NCBI RefSeq assembly: GCF_001447785.1
Contig: NW_015168051.1
Coordinates: forward strand, 1,017,114 to 1,079,789
Reading direction: 5' to 3'
DNA from: Gekko japonicus
Lineage: Eukaryota
Length of the DNA: 62,676 nt
Shown here: positions 50,826 through 62,676 of the stretch, in pieces
Numbering within the stretch: the stretch's first letter is position 1
Layout of the letters: each line of letters opens with the position of its first letter
Translations under genes and position numbers: made by a program
The notes under the pieces: generated by a model
The model's database searches: none
Seen by the model: only the letters and a program-made list of their open reading frames with translations
Told to the model about the DNA's origin: nothing

Positions 50826-51475
50826 TTGCTCCAGCGAAGGATGGATACATTTTTGATGATGTAAAGTCCTTCTTTTTCAGGCAAGAGGTTTGGGTAGAGG
50901 TCAGAGGCGAGGGGAGAGCACAGGATGGTGCACATTCAAAGGTAGTGAAGGTGCATATTCTAGTCCTGGTTATGAGAATATCTACTGGAAAATTTGCTTG
51001 CTCTTTAACTATAAAGGTATTCGTTTAAAAGCTGCTCAAAGGTAAAAGCTACATTGCAGGGAATGAAGCATATCGCTGTTAAAAAAAATTTGTGTAGCGG
51101 ATTAATTCTTCAGTAATCTGGATCAGCCAGTTCGTAAAGTTCATGGGTTCCTCAAATCTTGGGTTTCGTTTATATGCTTTATTTATTTACTTACTTAATT
51201 CATTCCCCACCTTTCTCCTCAGTGGGGAGGCTGCGTGTGACTGGCTCAAGGTCACTCAGCCTGCTTCCATGGCAGTCCGGGGATTTGGACTCTAACCACT
51301 ATACCGTGCTGGCTTTCAGAAATGCTGAGAAGCAGAAAATCTTTGTTAATAATATGTGTCTTATTTGCCAATATTTGAAGTGTGATTTAGGAGGTTTTGA
51401 AATCTGGTGGAATCCATATGCTGTTTTGGATTATGCCAGTCTCCACCAGTAACGGAGTGGGGGTGGGAATGGTTT

Positions 51476-51671
51476 TAGGGTTGCCAGACTCCAGGTAGGG
51501 CCTGGGGATCTCCCGCGTTTACATCTGATCTCCTGCTGACAGAGATCAGCTCCCCTGGAGAAAATGGCTGCTTTGAAGGGTGGACTCTGTGGCATTGCTG
51601 AGGCCCCTCCCCTCTCCTGGCTCCATCCCCAAAGTCTCCACATATTTTCCAACCCAGACCTGGCAACCCTA
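51476..51671 (+). mobile_element. hAT MITE, complete
   Basis: Perfect TIRs TAGGGTTGCCAG / CTGGCAACCCTA. TSD AATGGTTT / AATGGTCT. Confidence 0.92.
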
Positions 51672-52139
51672 AATGGTCTGCTTAACATGAGAGGATACAG
51701 TGGCCACCTATAACACAATCCATTTTTCTGCAGGGACTTTTAAGTCATGGGGGCTGAAAAATGGGTGGTGGGTTGGATTTGGCTGCATTTTTTCTTTCTG
51801 CCCTGTGCATTAGAATTTTGGCGATCAAAGTGGAATTCATATACCAAATACATAATTTTGGAATAGCATAATAACTGCAGTTCTTGTTAGAATTGATTTT
51901 TTAAAAAATAAGAGGGCATTTGCAGATTTATTTCCCTCTTTTATATTCCAGGGCTTCTATTTAGGAATTTATTGTGTAAACTAAGGAATTAGTCGAGTCC
52001 ACAGAATCCAAGTAAATCCAGCTCCCCCCCTCCCTCTGCAGCGTTTGTAGTTCGACTGTTTCCTGGTCTCGCAGAAAGAGGCAGTGCTGAGTTAGAAAGA
52101 CAAAAATAGACCTTTACAGAGAAATATAGGGATTGTAAA

Positions 52140-52199
52140 TGTGTGTGTGTGTGTGTGTGTGTGCGTGTGTGTGTGTGTGTGCGCGCGCGCGCGCGCGTG
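52140..52199. repeat. compound (TG)n(CG)n microsatellite
   Basis: About 60 bp of uninterrupted purine/pyrimidine alternation, ending in (GC)8. Confidence 0.95.
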
Positions 52200-52433
52200 G
52201 TGGCGGTGACGAGGGGAAGGCAGCGTTCGACTGGTTTCCAGGAGGAGCCCTTCTCCCTTTTCACTGTGCGTTAGGGCATTTTGTACAGATTTTTGTTCTG
52301 TTTATACACTTACCTCTTCCGGAAGCTCTTTGCATCTATTTGCGGGAGGAAAAAACAGCAACTGTGATCAGAAAACGACCAGAGACCATTTTATTTGAGC
52401 GGGGAAGAAAGAGGAGAGATACCATCACGGGGA

Positions 52434-52440
52434 TATAAAT
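52434..52440 (+). promoter_or_regulatory. candidate TATA-like element upstream of GNAL short exon 1
   Basis: TATAAAT about 85 nt upstream of the ATG. The transcription start site is unknown, so this may instead lie in the 5' UTR. Confidence 0.25.
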
Positions 52441-52522
52441 ATCAGCTGGTGTTTTTTTGTTTTTTTGGGAGCGAGAATCATACATAAGTAGTGCAATCTG
52501 ATACCCACCCTAAGTGACAGCA

Positions 52523-52661
52523 ATGGGGTGTTTGGGCAACAGCAAAACGGAGGATCAGCGTATTGATGAGAAAGCACAGCGAGAAGCCAACAAAAAAATA
52601 GAGAAGCAGTTGCAGAAAGAGAGATTGGCTTATAAAGCCACACACCGTTTGCTTCTGCTGG
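52523..52661 (+). CDS. GNAL: G protein alpha-olf, coding exon 1 of the short isoform
   Basis: ATG at 52523 encodes [47 protein letters not shown] (139 nt) and is followed by a GTAAGG donor at 52662. [10 protein letters not shown] is Golf-type; Gs has KDKQVYRATH. Confidence 0.96.
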
Positions 52662-52859
52662 GTAAGGAAGGAGGGCTTGCGGGGGGGAGGGGGATGAGAG
52701 TGCAGTGGTGCAATTCAGTTTCCCATGGCCGGCATATGATAGAGGAGCTGTGCTGTTTGGGTGTAATAGAATACGAGATGGTCGGAATGCTGATCTCCTT
52801 TACTGAGCAGCGCTGTAAAATGCAGAGATTGCCCTGGATATGTGTATAGATGTTTCTGA

Positions 52860-52997
<138 letters not shown>

Positions 52998-53748
52998 TAA
53001 GAATTGTTGATGCTTCCAGTGTTTTTAATATGTACATTTAATCCATATTTACACAAACCAGAGAATTTATCTTAGCCTTTTTGCATGTAGTTCATTTGAG
53101 ATTTACTGCCACCACAGTCGCCATCTCAAGTTGTTAATACTTAGAATTGATATATATATCAAAGGAAACGTTACATTTATTTTCTCCCCCTCCTGAGCTG
53201 TTCTTTTTACTGTATTTTCACACTGTTGCTACTGCAGTGCTTAATAGGCCCTTGTGTAGCTACAACATGGCGACTACTTCTTATAACAGCAAATAACTAA
53301 ATGTTGTCTGAATATGTAAAATTAAAGATACCTGTCAGTTCATGCACAGATTGGAAGCACTCAATTGGTAAAAAAGTACCAGGACTAAAATCCATTCTGA
53401 AATGTTCATAGGCTGTATTATTTATCTCAGAATCAGTTAAACAGTATGTTAATTACAGCTGTTTGTGGATGGATATGCTGAAATATTTGGGATTAAATTC
53501 AGTTTGTAATGTAAGTGGACAGATACCTGATAGTCTTCCTTTCTCTCCCCAGACCTTTAAGCATAGACTGTTGACATCTGGCACTTGAAAGAAATAAAAA
53601 GAATTTATTTTAATTAAACTTGTGTTCTAAGTGTTCGATTGTGAAGTTAAATAATAATGCTAAGGATAAAAATGGGGGGTTTTATTGAGTTTCAGGGTCT
53701 TATTGGTAGTAGAATACTGAAGGGTTTTTTATTGCTGTTTCAATGCAG

Positions 53749-53803
53749 AGAAAAGAAACAGAAAATTTTGGATATTCGGAAAAATGTTAAAGATGCAATC
53801 GTG
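53749..53803 (+). CDS. GNAL: G alpha-olf exon 3
   Basis: CAG acceptor at 53746-53748. The 55 nt encode (E)EKKQKILDIRKNVKDAIV, a Golf-diagnostic peptide, followed by a GTAAG donor at 53804. Confidence 0.96.
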
Positions 53804-53979
53804 GTAAGAATATATATATATCTGCTGATCTTAAATTGTGTATGTTTTAATGATTAGGATTGTTGCATGCAGAGAAGATCTAATTTTTTTCTGATGACTG
53901 GGTCATCTTCAGTGATCCTCTGTTTAGCCATATTAATAAATCTTGTCTTTGTGTGTGTGTGTGTGTTTTCTTATCCTAG

Positions 53980-54099
53980 ACTATAGTTTCAGCAATGAGC
54001 ACCTTAATACCTCCTGTTCCGTTGGCCAACCAAGAAAACCAGTTCCGAGCAGATTACATTAAGAGTATAGCCCCACTTTCTGACTTTGACTACACCCAG
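53980..54099 (+). CDS. GNAL: G alpha-olf exon 4; the gene continues beyond the window
   Basis: TAG acceptor at 53977-53979. The 120 nt encode [40 protein letters not shown], followed by a GTAAG donor at 54100. The next exon (EFFDHVK-like) was not found downstream. Confidence 0.96.
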
Positions 54100-56469
54100 G
54101 TAAGATTTCAGAGTCTTCTGTCCCCCTACTTCTCCTGTTACTTCACAACACAATTAAAAAAACACATACAGGTGTATTGTCATGTTGGATTGTGTTCTTC
54201 TTATAGAGCAGTATTTTCTGTTTTGTAATATATTTTGAGTATTATATAATGAAAGCAATCAAGAACCCTGTGGAATTTAGTTTTGTGGAGTAACAACTCT
54301 GTTAAAATTAGTTGCTGAGGGATATTAATAAAAACCAATGTGAATAAACAGTGTAATATGTACAGTCTCGAGATGATGGATCCATTTTCCTGAAGATTGC
54401 ATTTTCATGATAGCATGTTTAGGTGATGGTCAGGTAAGGCATTTTTGAACATCCTTTATATTTACAATGCTTAATGTTCATGGCTTCTGAATATCTGCTC
54501 TTTTCGTGTGTGTATACATTATTTTCTTATGAGAATGGCTAGAAGAGAAAAGACCAATCATAGTGTTATTCATTTGTGACTAAATTTAAAAAATACATGA
54601 TCAGGTGAATTTGCCAACAGTGGAGATCTGCATTGGATTACTTTGATATTAAATGTTAAACTTTTCTGTAAGCAAAAATAGAAATTTTGGCTTTTGTTAC
54701 CTCAAAGTATGTTAACTGGTTTGCAGTCGCTGAGAGACCTGACAGGTGGTTTCCCCCCCTCCCCTCAGGAGCATCTTCTGCATTACAACTGCTGGCGGGA
54801 AAGTGTTAGAGAAACTAACTGTTCTCTTTTTTCATATTTTATACTTTGATAAATCTTTCAATGTGATGTTTCAGGGATACTTTAGAAATATAGCTTTTAA
54901 ATAGCTGTTCAGAACTGTATAGCGTGTGTGTGTGAACTATATACATGCATGTAGTTTGAATGGTTCCTCCATTGACAAAACGATGAACTGATCCTTAAAA
55001 CAGGATACAATATGAACTGTATAACTTTCAGTGACATTAAGCTTTATTTTGCAGACATACAAGTTGCTACGCATGGCTTTCTTAGGTTTTAGTTTAATCC
55101 CTTTGGAAACTAGGACTAAAAGCCATTTTCACACTGTTGTTTTTGTGGGGCCTTCACAACAGCATTCTTGCATGGTAAAGAATTTGTGGAATTGCCCATG
55201 TAAAACTCAAAACTGGGACTTTTCTGGAAGCACTCATGGAAATCAAGGTTGATATTGCAAAATCAGTTGTGGATTTGGCATCTCTTTTTTGAAAGAGCAG
55301 AGGTTTGGAATGTGTCATATTCTTTGGAATTAGTTTACATTACAGTCCAATGCACAGTTACTTTGTTATAAATCCACAGAAACTAGTGGGATTAGACTGG
55401 AGTTACTCTGTTCAGGGTTGCACTGTTATTTGGGTATGTTTACATGAAATAAGTTTGTAAAAGATAGTTGTACATACAAAATCATCCCTAATTAGAACAA
55501 AAGCAAGTCAGTATTTTGGCTGCAGTGTTCTGCGGTGTTAGGCATTGAAGGCAGCTTCATTTAGTTGTAGCTCTGCACACATTTGCAGTATTGGTTTTCC
55601 TTTATGGAGCTAGTGCTTTCTTTAGTTACAGTATGTTAGTTACACATTAAAAGGTTTGTCTTGAGCACCAAATTTAATTTCAATGGTCAGGATGCAAAAG
55701 CACATTGCAACCAGTTATGTGAGCCAAAAGGGACTCAAATTCTTTGCTAAATAGCAGTCCTCAATTCCACATGACAAACCATTTTTGAAAATGAAGAAAA
55801 TTTTGAAAGCTGCTTGTAATAATGGCATGGCAAGCTAATGTTCAAAGAAAAAAATTAAAATTCTATTGTGCTTGTGCAAATCTTTGTGCATGCTGGAGCT
55901 CTAAAGGTTTTAATCTTTGTAGGTTGGTAGTAGGATGGTGCTGGCCAGCTTTATGAGGAAGAGTTTCCCAGTGTTTGTGTCATTTGTGTTGGCTATGGAC
56001 ACAATATATATATATATTGTACAGTTCCGTGCTCAGTTAAATTTTAATAATTTGCATGTGGTGAGTTAAGTGACTTATATGGATCTGCAGATAATTACAT
56101 TAGTGTTTCCAAATTGCATTCTGTTAACTCTAAATAACAATTGTCTGTTATTGACCTGGAATGAAGTCAGTTGTGGTTCAAACGGGATGAACTTTAAAAA
56201 ATACTGCTACAAGATTTTATCAAGTCTGAATTGCAATAGGTAGTGTCATATTTGTGTAATTTATCCGTTTTGCTTTGAAATAAACTGTATTTATAGAGCA
56301 TTGTGCATTGCAGGTACAGCATACAGATGTGGAGGATTCTGATAAGAAACAATACAGCCATCAGTTTCTCCTTCCCCACATATGGGGATAACTGATTTTT
56401 ACTAGCATTCTTCATTTGTGAGTGCTGGATCGTGCCTGTGATGTGTGAACAAATCATGCCAGTGTTGAC

Positions 56470-56710
56470 TGGCAATGCAGTTTGAACAGTGTTTATTCAG
56501 AAGTAAGTGAGCCTTACTCCCTGCAAAAGTGCCTAGGACTGCGGCTAAAAACTACAGTCCTATGCATACTTTCTTGACATTAAGCTCCACTGAATGAAGT
56601 GACGGTCGTAGAATTGCATGCCTGTAAAACTTAGCAAACTTACTTGGAAATATGCCACATTAAAATCTATAGGATTTTTTTTAGTTAATATGTTTAGAAC
56701 TGGCTTAATT
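56470..56710. repeat. cluster of short (~85 bp) palindromic MITE-like repeats
   Basis: Degenerate CAGTCCTA...TAGGA(T/C)TGC units. Relatives occur at about 8305-8395, 8935-9025, 38451-38535 and 55340-55425. Confidence 0.5.
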
Positions 56711-57007
56711 ATTTAAAGCATCCCCCCCAAAACTATGACCAGAATTCTTTGAACTGAACTCAGATGTATTTATTTACCCTTAATATTGCAACCATTGTCG
56801 TGAATAATCCCCGGTTTCTGATAGTGGTAGAGTTAGCCTCATATAGTAATTCTGGCATCAATAATTAAGTTATATTTATTATTGCTGTATATTGGAATAT
56901 ATGATTAACCGTTTCTCATGTGCTCATGGCTTGGTATGTTGTACTTAAGTTTTCACTAGTGGTTGCAGGTGTATATTTGCTAGCTGAGTGTTTCATCTTG
57001 TAATGTT

Positions 57008-57220
57008 GCCCTGACTTGGATGGCCCAGGCTAGCTTGATCACATCAGATCTCAGAAGCTAAGCAGGGTCAACAATGGTTAGTACTTAGGTGGGAGACCAC
57101 CAAGAAAGTTAAGAGTTGCTACGCAGAGGCAGGCAGTGGCAAACCACCTCTCTTTGTCTATTGCCTTGAAAACCCTACAAAGTCCGCATAAGTTGGCTCT
57201 GACTTGACAGCATTTTCCAC
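57008..57220 (+). mobile_element. 5S rRNA-derived SINE with BovB-related body, in GNAL intron 4
   Basis: GATCTCAGAAGCTAAGCAGGGTC...GGTTAGTACTTAGGTGGGAGACC, then GGCAAACCACCTC...TTGCCTTGAAAACCCTAC. Confidence 0.85.
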
Positions 57221-58207
57221 CTCCAGTGTTGCCTTTTGTTATATTTCAGAGAGGTTTGTGAAGGTATTAACAGGAATTTCTGTTAATTTTAGTAGCTATA
57301 TTTTTTTAAAAAACTTGGAATTTACACAATTTACAGAACTGTTGTACTATAGTTTTTCTTTGGTATAAGTTTAGGAGATACATTTGCATAATAGTATTAT
57401 ATATTATATTTTAGACAGGATAGGAAATTCTTTAGTTCGGGTCTTAGTGTGTTTAAGGACAACGTTTGCAGAAAGACTGATGGTAGAAGTAGGAACACTG
57501 CTGTTTAAATGGGACTTCGGGGACAGAGCAGTGATTGACATTTTTTAAGTTAAGAGGAATTGACTTGTGCCATTTTTAATCCTGTATTGATGGTTGTTTT
57601 GCCCTTTGTGAGGTACAGTGAACATATTAAGGACATATTTTGCTACTAGCTGTGGACAAACATGATGTCTATTATATAAGTTTCGCCTCGTTAAAGATGG
57701 TAAATTGCCATGTTGTTTTGAGCTTCTTCTAGAAACATATTCTAAATATTTAAAGATAACAAGCAGGCTGTAAAACCTTAATAGAAGTATTTGCGATCTG
57801 TATGTGTATGTAGAGAAGTTATTAGGAAATGTGAGCTGCTTTTAGGAGTTCATTGCTTTTTCGTCAATTGTCGAACAAGAAACTAAATGATCAGCATATA
57901 AAATAGAAATGTTAATGGGTATAAACTACAGCAAGTTAAATATCCTTAAATCCCAATTTAGGAGGTAGAGTGGTGGACTAGGAACTGGGAGACCCAAATT
58001 CAAATCTCCATTTTGTCGTGGAAGCTTGCTGGGTGACCTTGGGACCTTGGGCCAGTCATATGCTCTTGGCCTTATTTACATAATTCTCCTCTTCTCCCTT
58101 TCATCCTCACAATAAACCTGTGATGTAAGCCACTTTGGGCCCCCATTGGGAAGAAAGATGTGGTATAAATGAGGTAACATGAATGAATAAATCCAATTCC
58201 TATCTAG

Positions 58208-58726
58208 GGCTGCGGTCACACGGAACATTAGCCATGCGAGTCAGACGGAAGACATGCGGGTTTTCCGGGCGCGATCTCACCGGCACATCTGGGAAGTGTA
58301 GCACTCCCGTGGCTCAAACGAGGCTTCCTGCCGAAACCACGCGGCAAAAAACTAGTACCTCCGAGGTACTAGTTTCCGGAAACCGCGGGGCAAGGGCGGG
58401 CGTCTGATCGCGTTTCCGGTGGCATCCGGCGCCCGCCCATGTTCCCTGGCGAAAAAGTTTTTTTTTCTTCAAGTCTTTGTGGATGCGCAAAAGCACACAA
58501 CGGAGCATGCGCAGTCATGGTGTAAACAAAAAAAAACCTTCCAGTTTGCCGCACCGCGCACTTCGTTTTTGCGCGCGGGATTGTCCTGCGATCGGCACCT
58601 CTCCTTTCCCACGGAACCTCCACAGTACCTCCACGGGAGGTCTGATCAGGTAACCGCGCCTTAGTTTGCCCCGGGGCAAACTGCCACACTTCCCCCCCGC
58701 AGTTTCCTGCCCGTGTGACCGGGACC
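58208..58726. mobile_element. CpG-rich MITE, probably PIF/Harbinger
   Basis: TIRs GGCTGCGGTCACACGG / CCGTGTGACCGGGACC with 3-bp flanks TAG / AAG. Contains internal palindromes. Confidence 0.75.
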
Positions 58727-60785
58727 AAGATTTGGGTGCATCTAGGCAACTGACATAAATGAAATTTGGCATGCTTAACTCTGTATAGTATAAGCCTGTT
58801 AGCATGAGTGCACACAATAATTTTACCATTTCTATGGATGGTTATTCCTGTTGATTTTCCGGAAAAAGTTTTCTCTCCTTATAGATTTTCAAAGTAATGC
58901 TGTGTGGACATTTATTTATTTACTTACTTTATTACCCCCCCCAAGACCCAAAAAGCCTTACAAGATTCTTCCCATCTCCATTTTATCTTCACAACCACCC
59001 TGTGAGGTAAGGTTAGGCTGAGAGTGGCTAACTGACTTCCATGGCAGAGTAGGGATTTGAACCTGGGTCTCCCATATTCTGGTCTGACAGTCTAACTTCT
59101 TACACTCCCATAGACCAAATCCATGCATTCCACTTTACATCCTTTCGAGATTCTCTTGCTGTAGCTATTTATCTGCGAAAGGCATGAAATCTGTTTTGAA
59201 TACATTTTTAATGAATGAATGCCCATGCAGGAAGCCAATAATCAGATTTCAGACTTCCTGCACTTTTTGTGTTTGCTGTGAATGGACACCTTTAATCTGA
59301 AACATATCGTTTGTGTTCCATCCACCATTCTTTCTCAAATTATGTATGCATCTGGGAGTGTCTCTTTCATACTGTAACCTCTTCTCAATGTATGGAAGGG
59401 TTCCTTTGATCACTTTAACAGATTAAAAGTAAAAAAAAATAAGGAAAAGGGGAAAGGCCTGTCGAATCTCCTACAACAACTATGCAAAGGTTATGGGCTC
59501 CCATCCCAAACAGAGCAGAAAGGCCATAATTAATTGTGCTCCATTTTCAATTGTATTTTTTTTTTTGTCAGAAGGATACCTGTGGGGGTTTCCATAGAGT
59601 CTAGCTACAGGGCAGTGTGGACCAGAATCTAGGTGAGAAAGTGTCTTTCCTTGAATGCTACCAGGAATGGTTGGAGTGACATTAAGTGCAGGAAATCATA
59701 ACTTGTGAGTGGTGGCAAAGAAGATAAACTGAGATGGGGAAAGATTCCCAGGTGATATTTAAGGTAATTTATGAGGCACATGAGAAGCAGTATACTCATG
59801 GAGATGGGTTTCTATGTATGGATTTACTTTCTGCGATCCCTACTGCACAGGAGAAAATTCTTCAACATTATTTCTACTGCCCATGGAAGTCTGCCATGTC
59901 ATCTTGCTAGCTTGGGAGGGTGAAGGAAAATTTACCAGCTTTTTCATCCTGCTGTTCATTTCTTTGGGCCGTGAAAGGGGAAGGATATTGAAACATTAGG
60001 TTTGTAGATCTTGGACTGGGCTCCTAACTTTTTTTTTTTTAAAGTTTTTAATGTACTGAACAGGTGGGTTTTTTAAGTTATGAGAATTTACTAATTTTGG
60101 AGAACCACCCAAAAGAAAATTTTCCTTTTATTAGATGTTTAATGGCTGAACGCAAAACTTGTTTCAAAATGCTTGTGCATTGTAATATAATTTGCTTCCC
60201 CCCCTATTTAATACTATAGAGCTTTCAGTGCTATTGTTTGAATGCTTCTGTTACATGATTGTGAAGGAATTTTAAATCATTTGTTTATTCACAGAGTTCT
60301 TTAAAAAAAAATTTAAAGACTTTTGGTTTATGTGTCTAATAACAAAGATCAATAAGGAGTAGGACATCACCGCAAACAATATGCAATATATTGTAAAATA
60401 ATTTAAAACGACTAGGGAGGAATAAAGATAAGAAACAAAAGGTTGGTAGCAGAAAAAAATAAATATGGAAATCAACTCTCCCCACCCCTCCCTCCCCAAC
60501 AGGAATAAGTGCAACACTCAAAGGAGCCTTTTCCCTTCCTTGTATATTTGTAGACAAGCATCAGCAAGCTGATGGCCCATCAAATGAGTGGGCGGGAGAA
60601 AAAGAAGTTTCCATTTCCCCGTGGCCCAGTCGGCACTCTGCTTGAGAGAGGATTGATCACACTTACGGTTCTTAGACATAATCTAGTTAAAATGAGAACT
60701 AGTAAAATGTAATGGCTAAGTGTTTTATGCAGGATCTTATCAGCTGAAGCCTTTCCTCAGCCTTAAGCTCATTTATATGGGTTTA

Positions 60786-61133
60786 GGAGCTGCGGTGGCT
60801 CAAGTGGTTAAGATGCTGAACTGCAGGCTGTGGAAGGTCAGTAGTTCAGCTGTTTGAGACCCGAGTTGCCGCATGATGGAGTGAGCTCCCGTCTCTAGTT
60901 CCAGCTCCTGCCAACCTAGCAGTTCGAAAGCAAGAAATCGCAAGTAGATAAATAGGTACCACTTCGGTGGAAAAGTAACAGCGTTCCGTGCGCCTTGGTG
61001 TTTAGTCATGCCGGCCACATGATCACGGAAACATCTTCGGACAGCACTGGCTCTTTGGCTTTGAAACGGAGATGAGCACCGCAACCCTAGAGTCGGATTC
61101 GACTGGCTTTCGAGCAAGGGAACCTTTACCTTT
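60786..61133 (+). mobile_element. Sauria SINE, full length, in GNAL intron 4
   Basis: GGAGCTGCGGTGGCTCAAGTGG head and ACCTTTACCTTT tail. Near-identical to the two upstream copies. Confidence 0.92.
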
Positions 61134-62544
61134 AGGAAAGCATTATGACCCTTTTCAAACTGCCTTTGTATTCTGTTTTAGTAACTGGTTGCTAATGGAT
61201 TTTTTCTGTCCTTTCAGACCCGTTTTAGTAACTGACTGCTAGTGGAATTTATTTACCTCTTCATACAAACCCGCTTGCATTCGGTTAGCAAAAGTCTGGT
61301 TGAGGGAAACTGTTTTTTTCCGTTTTCAACCCCTTTATTGCACTTCTGAATCACTGTGGTGTGCTGTTTAAAATGTCCATAGTGCTTCCTACAATGCCGC
61401 TTCCCCTCCCCCTTTCACTACATGTCATCTTCTCAGACTTTTTTTAACATTCTAAGGTGAGCACTATAGTGGCACCGAAGTGCTATAGCGGTTTAGCACT
61501 AAAGCACTCGCCTAACAATGTTAAAAGAAAAGGTCCAAGGAAGATTGCACGGGAAAAGGGGGTGGGGGAGAAAAAGTGGCACCGTTTGAAATGATCATAG
61601 CGCTTCAGAGACTGCTAATTAATGGAAAGAAATTTGCTGTATGCAACCCCCGTCCCTGTATCACTTTACTCGTAATTGGGCCAACAAATAATATCTGGTT
61701 TAGAATGATAATGTGAAAAGGGCCTATCTCTAATCCACGACTCATCCAGTGGCAATCTAGGGATAGTAGTATTGTCCTACTATTCAAGGCTGTTGTAAGG
61801 GTTACTGAGTCAGAAATAATATTCAAAGAACTCTGAATACTCAAAGAGTACAAGCAGAAGAAAAGACATAACTTTTTGCATGTCAAATACTGCGGCCTAA
61901 TAACAAATTGGTCACAAACTTAAATAGACCTATACTTTATGATTAGACTAAACAAATTCAATTATATTAAAACCCATTTTATACTTGCATTTGTATATAT
62001 AATTTACGTATACTAAAATTTTTGTTTATTTAGATATTTATAACTTTTCTCAAAAATGGGAGCTCAAAGTGGCTCACAAGATTGTTTTCCTCTCCATTTT
62101 ATCCTCACAACAGCAATCCTTTGAGGTGGATTAGCTTGAGAGAGAGTGACTGGCTCAGGGTCGACCAGCGAGCTTCTTGGCACAGTAGGGATTTGAACCT
62201 TTGTCTCCCAGATCCTAGTCTGGCACTCTGACCATTGTACCGTATAGATCTGCTTAGGGTTACTTGCCACACTTCTTATTCCCACACTTAACATGAAATG
62301 AAGGCAAGTTTCCAGAAAATAAGAAATAATTTCTTTGTAATATGACTGTAAACAGAACTAGTACTGAGATGTGCGAATGGCCATGATGATTCCAGGGCAT
62401 TCTCCAGGTGTTAGTCTCTGATGGTCTAATGTCTACACACACATACAATCAGAAATTTTCAGACTACTTCCTTATACGTGTTTTTAAGAGTAACAGGAAA
62501 AAATAACTTCAATTTCAGTCTTGTGTGTGTGCGCACGCCCGCGC

Positions 62545-62670
62545 CCATCCCTGGAAGTCATGGCCTCCTCTGGTGACTCCTACTGGGGCATGGAGGACGT
62601 TCAGAGAAGTGGCTTGATAGCCTCCCTCTGCCTCCCGACCCTGGTACTCTTTGGAGGTCTCCCATCCCAA
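62545..62670 (-). mobile_element. 5S-derived SINE fragment at the window end
   Basis: CCCTGGTACTCTTTGGAGGTCTCCCATCC is the reverse complement of the 5S box C region. Confidence 0.65.
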
Positions 62671-62676
62671 TAATTG

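Noticed and set aside
51900-52520. Olf-1/EBF site (TCCCNNGGGA) expected in olfactory gene promoters
   Set aside because: No convincing match seen by eye upstream of exon 1.
52514-52849. Single 111-aa ORF starting at GTG 52514
   Set aside because: The true start is ATG 52523, which gives the MGC N-terminus. Sequence after 52661 is intron read-through.
57008-57120. Functional 5S rRNA genes (also at 19690 and 27690)
   Set aside because: Diverged 5' ends, no oligo-T terminator, and fused to SINE bodies.

Overview
This is vertebrate genomic DNA, almost certainly from a squamate reptile and probably a gecko, judging by the Sauria SINEs, BovB, 5S-derived SINEs and abundant tRNA-SINEs. The only host protein-coding sequence I can support is the first four coding exons of GNAL (G-alpha-olf, short isoform) on the + strand: 52523-52661, 52924-52996, 53749-53803 and 53980-54099. 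The gene continues beyond the window. The ~52 kb upstream is non-coding and rich in transposable elements (TEs). It contains a ~2.7 kb BovB/RTE LINE with an internal deletion and a 12-bp target-site duplication (TSD); L2, L1, CR1 and probable DIRS fragments; several hAT MITEs with 8-bp TSDs; and two probable solo LTRs. Two features stand out. The first is four Helitrons: three non-autonomous copies with intact TC...CTAG/CTTG ends within 5 kb, plus one fossil retaining PIF1-helicase motifs. The second is a set of dispersed Penelope-type terminal repeats carrying decayed hammerhead-ribozyme cores, including a head-to-head palindromic pair. Assembly gaps lie at 6982-7475, 12588-12603 and 44210-44939. 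Repeat family names come from recalled consensus features, not database searches, and boundaries without TSD support are approximate. I found no CRISPR array or prokaryotic system.
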